This document shows positions 33,216 to 42,126 of a stretch of DNA of 64,000 nucleotides, in pieces. Position numbers and translations under genes: made by a program. The notes below the pieces were generated by a model. That model saw only the letters and a list, made by a program, of their open reading frames with translations, was not told where the DNA came from and searched no databases. Positions within the stretch are counted from its first letter, which is position 1; each line of letters begins with the position of its first letter. Source of the DNA: Deltaproteobacteria bacterium HGW-Deltaproteobacteria-2 (GTDB lineage Bacteria; Desulfobacterota; Syntrophia; Syntrophales; Smithellaceae); NCBI GenBank assembly GCA_002840505.1, contig PHBC01000008.1, positions 7,193 to 71,192 of the forward strand, written 5' to 3'.

Positions 33216-35210
33216 ATGGGCGCCACCAAAGATAAAAGCAAGTCAACAGTAGACGGACTTCGCCGTCAGGCCGAAGAGCGGTTGCGCGCGAAGAAGGCGC
33301 AACTGCCGCTGCCTCAGAGCAAAGAAAATGTCCAGAGACTGGTCCACGAGCTTGAGGTTCACCAGATCGAGTTGGAAATGCAGAATGCGGAGCTCAGGCA
33401 GGCCCGCGAGGAACTCGAATTATCGCGCAATAAATATGTTGAACTCTATGACTTTGCGCCTATCGGTTATTTCACCTTTGATGCCCAGGGACGGATAAAG
33501 GAGGTCAATCTTACCGGCGCCAAACTCATGGGTGTCGAGAGGCAGGGACTGGTAAATAAATCCTTTGCCGGTTTTATTGCCGATGCAGACTCCAAAGAAA
33601 ACTTTTTGAAACATTGCCAAACGGTATTTCAAAAAGAGGGGGAACAGACCTGTGAAATCCGGCTGAAGAAAAAAGACGGCACAAATTTCTGGGCGCAGCT
33701 TCAAAGTATAGCGCAGGAAAATACCGAAAAGAAAGCCGGTGATATCCGGACGATGATCATGGATATTACCGGCCACAAGAAGGCGGCCGAGAAGATAGAG
33801 CATCTTTCTTCCTTTCCCGAACTCAATCCCAATCCGGTCATTGAGACAGATATGAAAGGAGAAATAATTTACTGCAACGCGGCAGCCGCTAAAGTATCGA
33901 AGCAGTTAAACATCCCGGAAGATGGCCGCCTGCTTCTCCCGCGGAATCTGCCCGACATCATAAAAAAGCTGGGACAGGAAAAAGAGGGGCGATATGAACT
34001 TGTGGAGGTGGAAATAAACGGCAGAGTGTTTATCGAAAGCATCATTGCGCCTGCTCGGCTGAAAGTCGTGCGTATCTATGCGTGGGATATCACCAAGCGC
34101 AAAAAAGCGGAACAGGCTCTTAAAGAAGCCCATGACGGGCTTGAAGAGAAGGTGGAAGCACGGACCGTCGATCTTCAATCAGCGCTGTCTAAAATTAAAA
34201 CAATGAAGGAACAGCTCGAGGCCGAGAATATCTACTTCCGTCAAGAAAATAAAATGAGACATAAATTCGAGGATATTATCGGGCAAAGTGATGGTCTTAA
34301 GTATGTTCTCTATCGGGCCGAGCAAGTTGCTCCGACGAACACAACCATCCTCATTCTCGGGGAAACCGGCACGGGAAAAGAACTGATCGCTGCCGCCGTC
34401 CATAATATGAGCCCCCGCAAGGAAAGGCCTTTATTCACGGTTAATTGCGCCGCTCTGCCGGGTAATTTAATTGAGAGCGAATTGTTCGGTCGGGAGAAGG
34501 GAGCCTTTACAGGGGCGGATTCCCGGCGGGTTGGTAGATTTGAGATTGCCAATGGTTCCACTATTTGCCTGGACGAGATCGGAGAACTGCCTCTGGACTT
34601 GCAGTCAAAGCTTCTCCGGGTGATTCAGCATAGCGAGTTTGAGCGCCTCGGCTCGTCCCAGACCGTTAAAGTAGATGTGCGGATCATCGCGACGACCAAT
34701 CGAAATCTTGAGGAAGAGGTACGCAATGGCCGGTTTCGGCAGGACCTTTACTATCGGCTCAATGTCTTCCCCATCACTGTTCCGCCACTCAGGCTGCGCA
34801 AAGATGACATTCCACTGATGGTTCAGGCCTTTGTAGAACGGTATTCCAGAAAAATGGGCAAAGAGATTAAGACGATCAAGCGGGAGACAATAGAGGAATT
34901 GCAGAATTACCCGTGGCCCGGTAACGTTCGGGAACTGGAAAGCGTCATTGAACGGGCCGTAATATTGTGTCCCGGGCCGGTTCTGCAGCTGGCGGATAAA
35001 CTGGAGATTTCATCTCCAACACTTTCATCCGCTATAAGAACTCTGGAAGATATGGAGCGAGGACAAATTCTAAAAATTCTTACGGAAACAAAATGGCGCA
35101 TCGAGGGAAAGGATGGGGCCGCAGCTATACTGGGCATCCATCCGAGTACGTTAAGAGCGAGACTGCATAAGCTGGATATCGTGCGGCCGAAAACAAAAAA
35201 TTCAAAATAA
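33216..35210 (+). CDS. sigma54-dependent transcriptional activator: coiled coil-PAS-PAS-AAA+(GAFTGA)-HTH (EBP2), paralogue of EBP1
   Basis: Carries the same AAA+ and HTH motifs as EBP1. The N-terminal [24 protein letters not shown] zipper plus PAS ([12 protein letters not shown]) differs from EBP1. Confidence 0.9.
   Translation: MGATKDKSKSTVDGLRRQAEERLRAKKAQLPLPQSKENVQRLVHELEVHQIELEMQNAELRQAREELELSRNKYVELYDFAPIGYFTFDAQGRIKEVNLTGAKLMGVERQGLVNKSFAGFIADADSKENFLKHCQTVFQKEGEQTCEIRLKKKDGTNFWAQLQSIAQENTEKKAGDIRTMIMDITGHKKAAEKIEHLSSFPELNPNPVIETDMKGEIIYCNAAAAKVSKQLNIPEDGRLLLPRNLPDIIKKLGQEKEGRYELVEVEINGRVFIESIIAPARLKVVRIYAWDITKRKKAEQALKEAHDGLEEKVEARTVDLQSALSKIKTMKEQLEAENIYFRQENKMRHKFEDIIGQSDGLKYVLYRAEQVAPTNTTILILGETGTGKELIAAAVHNMSPRKERPLFTVNCAALPGNLIESELFGREKGAFTGADSRRVGRFEIANGSTICLDEIGELPLDLQSKLLRVIQHSEFERLGSSQTVKVDVRIIATTNRNLEEEVRNGRFRQDLYYRLNVFPITVPPLRLRKDDIPLMVQAFVERYSRKMGKEIKTIKRETIEELQNYPWPGNVRELESVIERAVILCPGPVLQLADKLEISSPTLSSAIRTLEDMERGQILKILTETKWRIEGKDGAAAILGIHPSTLRARLHKLDIVRPKTKNSK
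34215..35189 (+). repeat. second copy of the EBP AAA+/HTH repeat
   Basis: See 29265-30239; constant offset of 4950 bp. Confidence 0.85.
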
Positions 35211-35270
35211 TCGAAAATACAGGAGACAGAATTCTGAATTCTATCTTTTACATTCTTTCTTAAATTCACC

Positions 35271-35418
35271 CCTCAAAATATTGAGGCGCCACCGCATATT
35301 GAGGCCGAACAAATCATTTCATACGTCCCTATAATTCCCTGTTATTAATCTAACCACGTATTATTAATAGATGAATAAAATTTCTAATTCACTTTAAGCC
35401 ATTGGCCTACTATTTGCT
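35271..35418 (+). promoter_or_regulatory. sigma54 promoter cassette 1 (two upstream sites, AT-rich element, -24/-12)
   Basis: Upstream sites CCTCAAAATATTGAGG (35271-35286) and CCACCGCATATTGAGG (35289-35304). AT-rich element TTAATCTAACCACGTATTATTAA (35345-35367). Core promoter TTGGCCTACTATTTGCT with GG at 35404-5 and GC at 35416-7. Confidence 0.8.
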
Positions 35419-35485
35419 GTTAATATTCATTTAGTCCTTTTAATGAAATGTCTGAACCAATTAGAATAAAACACAGGAGCAAATC

Positions 35486-35767
35486 ATGGATGAAATATTT
35501 ATAAAAAAAGTGCGGACGGCCGCGTTGGCTGGATGGTGGACTGTTTTAATCGCCTACTGTCTCCTGCTGATTCAATGGGGTGCTTATTTGTTAATTATAC
35601 CCAGGCAGCCGGCAGGAATGCTTTGCTTTTGGGGTGAAGGTGTTACCTGGCAGGAAATCCGCAGTATCTGGTTGTGGGCGATGGTAGCCTATAAGCTTGG
35701 CGTCGTCATGATGATATTTGTCGTCATCTGGCTGACATTTTGGGCAAGACAACTGGCAAAAAAATAG
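35486..35767 (+). CDS. small integral membrane protein (3 TM), unknown function
   Basis: SD AGGAG; hydrophobic helices (WWTVLIAYCLLLIQWGAYLLII, IWLWAMVAYKLGVVMMIFVVIWLTFW). First gene after cassette 1. Confidence 0.55.
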   Translation: MDEIFIKKVRTAALAGWWTVLIAYCLLLIQWGAYLLIIPRQPAGMLCFWGEGVTWQEIRSIWLWAMVAYKLGVVMMIFVVIWLTFWARQLAKK

Positions 35768-35848
35768 AACGGGAAGGTTGAAGAGAAAGGGTGGCCGGAG
35801 CAATTAATTTAAAAAGCATTTCAATACCAACACAAAGAGGGCAATCCA

Positions 35849-37165
35849 ATGAAGGGTAAAGAACTCCGGGTATTAATCGTTGAAGACTCGGAAGATGATG
35901 CGCTGCTTTTAATCCGTGAACTTAAAAAGGGCGGATACAATCCGGTGTATGACCGGGTGGCCAACGCTGTCGCAATGAAAAAAGCCATTCAAGAGAAGAA
36001 ATGGGACATTATTCTTTGCGATTATATAATGCCCGGATTTAATGCTCCTTCAGCCATTCATGTATTGAAGGAAGCAAATGTTGACATTCCTCTCATCGTT
36101 GTATCCGGAACGATCGGTGAAGAAACGGCCATAGAGTGTATGCGTTTCGGCGCCAAAGATTATATCATGAAATCCAATCTGGTCCGTCTTTGCCCGGCCA
36201 TATCCAGAGCACTGGAAGAGGCAGAAATTAAAAATAAGCATAAGCAGGCCCAAGAGTTACTGAACGCTTCGGAAGTCCGGTACAGGCGGCTTTTTGAGTC
36301 AGCAAAAGATGGGATTCTTATCCTTGATTGCGAAACGGGAAAAATTGTTGACGTTAATCCATTTCTGATTGAGCTGCTGGGTTATTCGCGTGAGCAATTC
36401 ATAGAGAAGGCTGTGTGGGAACTGGGGCCATTTAAGGATATTATTCCCAATCGCAACAAATTTCTGGAATTGCAGAGCCAGGAGTATATCCGTTATGATA
36501 ATTTGCCTTTGGAAACCATTGATGGACGGCTTGCCAATGTTGAATTCGTCAGTAATGTCTATGCAGAGGGCAATACCAGGGTAATTCAGTGCAATATTCG
36601 CGATATCACCGAACGTAAAGAAGCGTTGAAAGCGCTGCGGGAAAGCGAAAAACGATACAGGGAACTGAGCATAATCGATGACCTCACGCAGCTTTATAAT
36701 TCCAGGCATTTTTATGCTCAGCTCAAAATAGAAACAGAGCGGTCGAACCGCTATAAACATCCTCTGACCATTCTACTTATGGATATCGACAAATTCAAGG
36801 AGTTCAACGACTCATACGGCCATATTGAAGGGGACAGTGTGTTGTCTCAAATAGGCAAACTGTTGAAAAAATGCCTGCGCGAGAGCGATTCTGCCTATCG
36901 TTATGGCGGCGAGGAATTTACAATCATATTGCCGATGACCACAATCGAAGATGGAACGATAATGGCGGAAAGAATACAAACGGAATTAATGGAAAAGGCC
37001 TTTTCCCCGATATCGGGTCAAAATGTTTATATAACAGCGAGTATCGGTTTTGCTCAGTACATGCCGAATGAAGAGATGAAAGCGTTCGTTCAGCGCGTAG
37101 ACCAACTCATGTACCAGGCTAAGAAGAAAAGGAACCACAGTATTTATTCTGAATTACAGAGTTAA
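35849..37165 (+). CDS. response regulator receiver-PAS-GGDEF diguanylate cyclase
   Basis: REC domain (VLIVEDSEDD...ILCDYIMPG), a PAS domain, and a GGDEF domain with the intact RYGGEEF active-site motif. Confidence 0.85.
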   Translation: MKGKELRVLIVEDSEDDALLLIRELKKGGYNPVYDRVANAVAMKKAIQEKKWDIILCDYIMPGFNAPSAIHVLKEANVDIPLIVVSGTIGEETAIECMRFGAKDYIMKSNLVRLCPAISRALEEAEIKNKHKQAQELLNASEVRYRRLFESAKDGILILDCETGKIVDVNPFLIELLGYSREQFIEKAVWELGPFKDIIPNRNKFLELQSQEYIRYDNLPLETIDGRLANVEFVSNVYAEGNTRVIQCNIRDITERKEALKALRESEKRYRELSIIDDLTQLYNSRHFYAQLKIETERSNRYKHPLTILLMDIDKFKEFNDSYGHIEGDSVLSQIGKLLKKCLRESDSAYRYGGEEFTIILPMTTIEDGTIMAERIQTELMEKAFSPISGQNVYITASIGFAQYMPNEEMKAFVQRVDQLMYQAKKKRNHSIYSELQS

Positions 37166-37182
37166 GAACAATTCAATGCATC

Positions 37183-37331
37183 CCTCAACATGCTGAGGCT
37201 CCACCAAATAATGAGGCCAAACGTATAAATCCATCCTTTTAAACCGGTCTCTTTTGTTAATCTAACCATCCGTTATTAAATAAATAATTAAATATTTTTA
37301 TTTTTCTTCTGCTATTGGCAAGCCATTTGCA
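37183..37331 (+). promoter_or_regulatory. sigma54 promoter cassette 2
   Basis: CCTCAACATGCTGAGG (37183-37198), CCACCAAATAATGAGG (37201-37216), TTAATCTAACCATCCGTTATTAA (37257-37279), and TTGGCAAGCCATTTGCA with GG at 37317-8 and GC at 37329-30. Confidence 0.85.
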
Positions 37332-37362
37332 ATTATAAAGAGCAAGCGAAGGGAGGTGGAAA

Positions 37363-37953
37363 ATGATGAAAACATACTGCAATGCACTATTCATGATCGT
37401 TTTATTGTTGATGTTTACCGGATGCGCCGCTCTTTTGCCGCACAGCACGATAACGACTGAATCACCCTGGCAGGATTTCAATGGTGCCAAATTGACCTAT
37501 GATAAAATTAATCCCGGAGTAACCACGGTGAGTGATCTGAAAAGATTAGGGTTCGATCCTTATTTAACACCAAATATCAAGATAATGAATGTCACGGAGG
37601 TTATCAATCTATTCTTGCCCAATCCCTCTATTAAAAAGGAAGATTTGGATATTGGCATTCAAAAATGCATCGAGAGTAAGGACCGGTGTACGGCCTACCA
37701 GATTTCGCCCAGCAAATTATATGTAAATCGAATAGGTAATTTCTGGTTGGACCTGTTTTCATTCAAGCGCCATACCGTAAATAGCGGATGGGAATTCAAG
37801 GGATTAATCACAATTGTTGATAATGTTGTCACTTACAGAGACCCGCCGGGAGGACGACCCTTAATTAACATGGATCAAATTGACGTTAAGCCTTTAGGGC
37901 CTGCTCAAGAAGCCGGAAGTGCGATCATTGCTACGGTTCCGCTTATCTGGTAG
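37363..37953 (+). CDS. lipoprotein, unknown function
   Basis: Signal peptide with lipobox LMFTGC; SD GGGAGGTGG. Confidence 0.6.
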   Translation: MMKTYCNALFMIVLLLMFTGCAALLPHSTITTESPWQDFNGAKLTYDKINPGVTTVSDLKRLGFDPYLTPNIKIMNVTEVINLFLPNPSIKKEDLDIGIQKCIESKDRCTAYQISPSKLYVNRIGNFWLDLFSFKRHTVNSGWEFKGLITIVDNVVTYRDPPGGRPLINMDQIDVKPLGPAQEAGSAIIATVPLIW

Positions 37954-38041
37954 CGGGATCTAGAAGTCAGAATGCAGAATATTTTTTATTCTGACTCCTG
38001 TATTCTGTATTCTATCTTTTATATTCTTTCTTAAATTTTCC

Positions 38042-38190
38042 CCTCAGCATACTGAGGTTCTACCAAATACTGAGGCCAGACGAATCATCTCATGCTTTCA
38101 CGCTCTTTTCCTTTGTTAATCTATCCACCTGTTATTAAGTGATTAATTCAAAATTATGATTCTTCTTGAGCCATTGGCAGGCTATTTGCT
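38042..38190 (+). promoter_or_regulatory. sigma54 promoter cassette 3
   Basis: CCTCAGCATACTGAGG (38042-38057), CTACCAAATACTGAGG (38060-38075), TTAATCTATCCACCTGTTATTAA (38116-38138), and TTGGCAGGCTATTTGCT with GG at 38176-7 and GC at 38188-9. Confidence 0.85.
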
Positions 38191-38373
38191 CATACATCTA
38201 TAAAGATACTTTTTAATCTTAACCTTCAAGCGAGTTCCTGTTTGTTTTTTAGGAGAGGATTATAAATTACCGAAGGCTACTAAAAGTTTTTTAGGAGCAA
38301 AATAATGAAGGAGATAAGTAACAGAAGATTAATAATCAGCAATTGCAATTTAATAACTTTGAAAGGAGATAAT

Positions 38374-38877
38374 ATGAAAAGATTTAAGACCCAGCAGGCT
38401 TTTTTTACGTTAATTATGTTAGCAGTGAGTATTTTTTTATTTACAGGATGTGGAAGTAGTGATGAGGCCGCGCTGATAACAGCCCCATTCGATTCGGTCC
38501 TCCCCGGAACATGTGGTGAAACGGGACCCAAGGTGGATTCGGCAGATCCCGCTACTGGTGCCGTGGATGTGGCGATCGATACATGGATTACGGCTACCTT
38601 CAGTGAGGCGATGGATCCGACGACGATCGAAGTGACCACTCCCGGAAGCCCAGAGGTGGAGACGTTTACCCTCTATGATAATGACTACCCCGGAATCCCC
38701 ATAGAAGGTACCGTCGAAATGGATGTCACAAACACAATAGCGACCTTTAAGCCAACAGCAGTCCTCGCGAAAGGTACCACGTTTACGGTGACTATTACCA
38801 AGTATGCCAAGAGATTATCAGATAACACCCCACTTGGCTGTAACTATCGATGGGAATTTCAGACGACGGATATTTAA
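38374..38877 (+). CDS. lipoprotein with SbsA/Big_5-type Ig-like domain
   Basis: The ATG at 38374 after GAAAGGAGA gives MKRFKTQQAFFTLIMLAVSIFLFTGC (lipobox). The Ig-like block is PKVDSADPATGAVDVAIDTWITATFSEAMDPTTI. The track start at 38305 is an in-frame upstream ATG. Confidence 0.7.
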   Translation: MKRFKTQQAFFTLIMLAVSIFLFTGCGSSDEAALITAPFDSVLPGTCGETGPKVDSADPATGAVDVAIDTWITATFSEAMDPTTIEVTTPGSPEVETFTLYDNDYPGIPIEGTVEMDVTNTIATFKPTAVLAKGTTFTVTITKYAKRLSDNTPLGCNYRWEFQTTDI

Positions 38878-39069
38878 GGGATGAGGGCGTGAAAAAAGGA
38901 AAAGTTGTGGAGTATCGGGCGAAATTAAGAATATCGTTTAAATATAAACCTGAATAGATTTGTCCCGCCTTTGGCGGGATTGTTCGACTTACAAATTTTA
39001 ATGCGTTTCACTTTTAAAATTTGAGTCTCATAAATAAAAGAATATTAACCAGACAAACAGGAGGAATTT

Positions 39070-39753
39070 ATGAAAAAAATATTTATGTTAGTTGTCGTCA
39101 TGATGTTGATCACTTTCACCTCAGCCGTGCAGGCAGAAGTCAGGGCCGGTGGGTTGCCCGCTCTAGTTGTGGATGATAGGATTAGCGATGGTAACGCCCC
39201 AGCTACGGCACCAGCCAGAGCCGGTGCTTTACCCGCTATTACTGTGGATGAAAGGATCCCTAATTGTACCTGTAAAACAGATCCCTCCTACTGTGCTAAA
39301 CCAGTAGTCGCATCTGCACCAGTTCCGGAACCAGTTCCAGAACCAGCTCCGGTTGTGGTTCCTCCTCCGGCACCAGCTCCCAAGCCAGTTATTATTGAAA
39401 AAGGCAGGCAGACACTTAATGTCGAATTCGATTTTGATAAATCAACCATTAAGAAAGGTTACTATCAAGACATCGATAATCTGGCTGGAGTGATGAAACA
39501 ATATCCCGATCTTAACGTTGCAATCGAAGGACACACCGACAGCATTGGTTCTGATGCTTACAATGAAAAACTTTCCCAGGAAAGAGCTGACGCTGTAAAG
39601 AATTACATGGTTGAGAAAAACGGTATTGATGCAAATCGTATCAAGGCGATTGGTTTTGGTGAGAAACAACCTGTTGCTTCAAACGATACCAGTGAAGGTC
39701 GTGCTCAGAATCGTCGCGTAGAAGCGGCTGTCGATTATAGAATCGAGAAGTAA
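39070..39753 (+). CDS. OmpA-family (OmpA_C peptidoglycan-binding) protein with repeats and a Pro-rich linker
   Basis: Signal peptide; duplicated segment EVRAGGLPALVVDDRI / ARAGALPAITVDERI; a PxP-rich linker; OmpA_C motifs FDFDKSTI...IEGHTDSIGSDAYNEKLSQERADAV...NRRVE. Confidence 0.8.
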   Translation: MKKIFMLVVVMMLITFTSAVQAEVRAGGLPALVVDDRISDGNAPATAPARAGALPAITVDERIPNCTCKTDPSYCAKPVVASAPVPEPVPEPAPVVVPPPAPAPKPVIIEKGRQTLNVEFDFDKSTIKKGYYQDIDNLAGVMKQYPDLNVAIEGHTDSIGSDAYNEKLSQERADAVKNYMVEKNGIDANRIKAIGFGEKQPVASNDTSEGRAQNRRVEAAVDYRIEK

Positions 39754-39784
39754 ATTTTCCGCTTCTGAAGAATTAACAACAATA

Positions 39785-39820
39785 AAGAACCCCGTGGCTT
39801 ACTGCGGGGTTCTTCTTTTT
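39785..39820 (+). terminator. intrinsic terminator
   Basis: AAGAACCCCG-10 nt loop-CGGGGTTCTT followed by CTTTTT. Confidence 0.7.
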
Positions 39821-39973
39821 ACTCATATTTCCATCAGTAATCGCTAATTTATTGTGCTGTCTTCTTTAAAGCGTAGCAGCAAACCCAACAAGCACTTATT
39901 TCTGTTATATTGTTTTTCTTATTTTCTCAATTCAAACAAGATTAGCAGGCTGTCTACCTCCTTTCAAAGAACC

Positions 39974-40122
39974 CCTCAATATACTGAGGTCCCACCAAAT
40001 ACTGAGGGCAAACAAATCATATCATGCTTTTCCACTGTTCTGTCCCACTGATCTAAGCAACTGGTATTATATGATTAATCAATAATTATTATTCATTCGC
40101 ATGTATTGGCAGACTATTTGCT
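39974..40122 (+). promoter_or_regulatory. sigma54 promoter cassette 4
   Basis: CCTCAATATACTGAGG (39974-39989), CCACCAAATACTGAGG (39992-40007), a more diverged AT-rich element (about 40048-40090), and TTGGCAGACTATTTGCT with GG at 40108-9 and GC at 40120-1. Confidence 0.8.
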
Positions 40123-40304
40123 TTTCACCACATTATACTTTTAATTTTACCCCAAGCGCGAGTTCTTCTTATTTTTTGGGGAAGCAGATTATAACTTAAC
40201 GAAAGATACAAAATTATTTTCAGAGGGAGGAATAATGAAGGAGATAGGTATTCGAAAGCTAACAGAAAGCAATTGTAAAATTAATGACTTTGAAAGGGGG
40301 TTAT

Positions 40305-41945
40305 ATGAAAAGATTTAAAGCTCTGCAAGTTTGTCTTGCCTTTATGATGTTAATCCTGGGTGTTTTAATTACAGGATGCGGAAGTAACGGTCAAACCGGT
40401 CATTGGTTACCAACACCAGGTATTCCGGTAGACACCACCAGACCCAGAGTGTTTTCCACCGTTCCTGCCACGACAGTTCCCGGTCCAACTACTGGCGTGC
40501 CGACCAACACATTAATTACGGCACTTTTTACTGAGGAAATGGACCAGGCATCGATTCAGGCAGCCGGTACTGTCACGGTGACATGTACGCCGTCTTGCGT
40601 GAATGGTGCCACTCTCGCCGGCACTGTAAGCTACGCAGTAGGCAGTAAAACCATGGTCTTCACGCCAACGCCGGTACCAACACTGCTTGAGGCCAGCAAG
40701 ACCTATACTGTCACTATTACCACCGCGGCCACCGACGTGATAGGCAATCAACTTGCGGGCAATCAAGCCGCCTTGCCCGCGGCAAGTGCCTACATATGGA
40801 GCTTTACCACCGCAGACGCTCCCATACCGGCGGCAAATATAACAGTGGCTTCGGTCTTCCCTGTTGATACTGCCCCGTCTGTATGTCCCAGCTCGAGCAT
40901 CAGCGCGACCTTCACCGTGCCTGATCCTTTACTAAAGATTAACCCTCTAACGGTCACTGCGGCAACTTTCATCGTGACGGGACCGGGGGTGAGTGGACCA
41001 GTCGTCGCAGCAGCGGCAATCGATGGCCGGACTGTTGATAGCACAGGTCTCATTGCGACCTTTAAGCCCGCCGCCCCTCTCACTCCGGGTCTTTATACGG
41101 TCACAATTAAAAGCGGGGCCGCCCCTGCCGGGGTTGAAGACACAGCTATTCCTGGCGACCAACTGGCAGCTGACTACACATGGACATTTACCGTAGCTCC
41201 AGCGACAGGGCTTTGTATAGCGACGATACCTCTTGGAGCGACGGTCGAGACGTTCGGAGCTCTTTCCTGCGCCGCGATCAGCGGTAGTACAGTGGGGACC
41301 GGAACCACGGTTAACGGAAATATCGGGACAACACTGACGAGCACTTCTGTAACCAATTGGGTTGGCGGCGGCTCTCCTGCCACACCCGGAATCGTGAACG
41401 GGACGATATTTGCTTCGGACCTTCCGGTTGCCGGCGATACGACATCGGCCACTGCCGTCAACGAAGCGTATACCGCGTTTCTGGCCGCACAAACCGTGGG
41501 AGCATCGGGTACCGTGATACCAACAAGCGATCTTGGCGCAGAAACCGCGTTCGGAGACGGTAACCCCGGGGTCTTCTACGCCGGCGCCTATACGTCCGGG
41601 TCTTCGATTGCGATCAGTACCCCTGTTACACTCGATGCCCAGGGCGACGCTAATGCGGTCTGGATCTTCTATTCACCTAGCAGCACCTTGACCACCACGG
41701 GGCCGCTTGGAAATATTATCCTCCTGAACAATGCCCAGGCGAAAAACGTCTTTTGGGTGGTCGGCAGTTCAGCCACACTTGGAGCACCGCTCTTCAGCGG
41801 AAACGTACTGGCTGCCACAGCAATCTCGGTGACTTCCGCAGGCCCAGGAATCATAGATGGGAGACTGTTGACTTCAGGGCCGACCTGTGCCGCGGTTTCA
41901 TTCTCGGGCGCCGGAGCCGGTACAGTTAACGTACCTGGTCTGTAA
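40305..41945 (+). CDS. lipoprotein: tandem SbsA/Big_5-type Ig-like domains plus a C-terminal DUF3494 (ice-binding-like) beta-solenoid domain
   Basis: The ATG at 40305 gives MKRFKALQVCLAFMMLILGVLITGC (lipobox). Ig-like block DTTRPRVFSTVPA...LITALFTEEMDQASI. The C-terminal pattern LGATVETFGALS....VNGNIG...AYTAF...PGVFYAGAYT....LDAQGDANAVWIF...NAQAKNVFWVVGSSATLG...GNVLA...GRLL matches the DUF3494 pattern as I recall it. Confidence 0.7.
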   Translation: MKRFKALQVCLAFMMLILGVLITGCGSNGQTGHWLPTPGIPVDTTRPRVFSTVPATTVPGPTTGVPTNTLITALFTEEMDQASIQAAGTVTVTCTPSCVNGATLAGTVSYAVGSKTMVFTPTPVPTLLEASKTYTVTITTAATDVIGNQLAGNQAALPAASAYIWSFTTADAPIPAANITVASVFPVDTAPSVCPSSSISATFTVPDPLLKINPLTVTAATFIVTGPGVSGPVVAAAAIDGRTVDSTGLIATFKPAAPLTPGLYTVTIKSGAAPAGVEDTAIPGDQLAADYTWTFTVAPATGLCIATIPLGATVETFGALSCAAISGSTVGTGTTVNGNIGTTLTSTSVTNWVGGGSPATPGIVNGTIFASDLPVAGDTTSATAVNEAYTAFLAAQTVGASGTVIPTSDLGAETAFGDGNPGVFYAGAYTSGSSIAISTPVTLDAQGDANAVWIFYSPSSTLTTTGPLGNIILLNNAQAKNVFWVVGSSATLGAPLFSGNVLAATAISVTSAGPGIIDGRLLTSGPTCAAVSFSGAGAGTVNVPGL

Positions 41946-42126
41946 GGCATGAGGTATTCGATATGAAAGCAGGCAAAAGGGAAGACAGGTTGTTTATCAT
42001 AATTCATCCGCTCTCCTTTTGCCTTGCTGCAACGCTTCGTTCTTTGAGCACTAAGATGTCTCCTGCGGCTTATTTGAAGAGCCGCAGGGGCAGCAGCTAA
42101 ACGCGACAATATAAAGGAGGACTACA

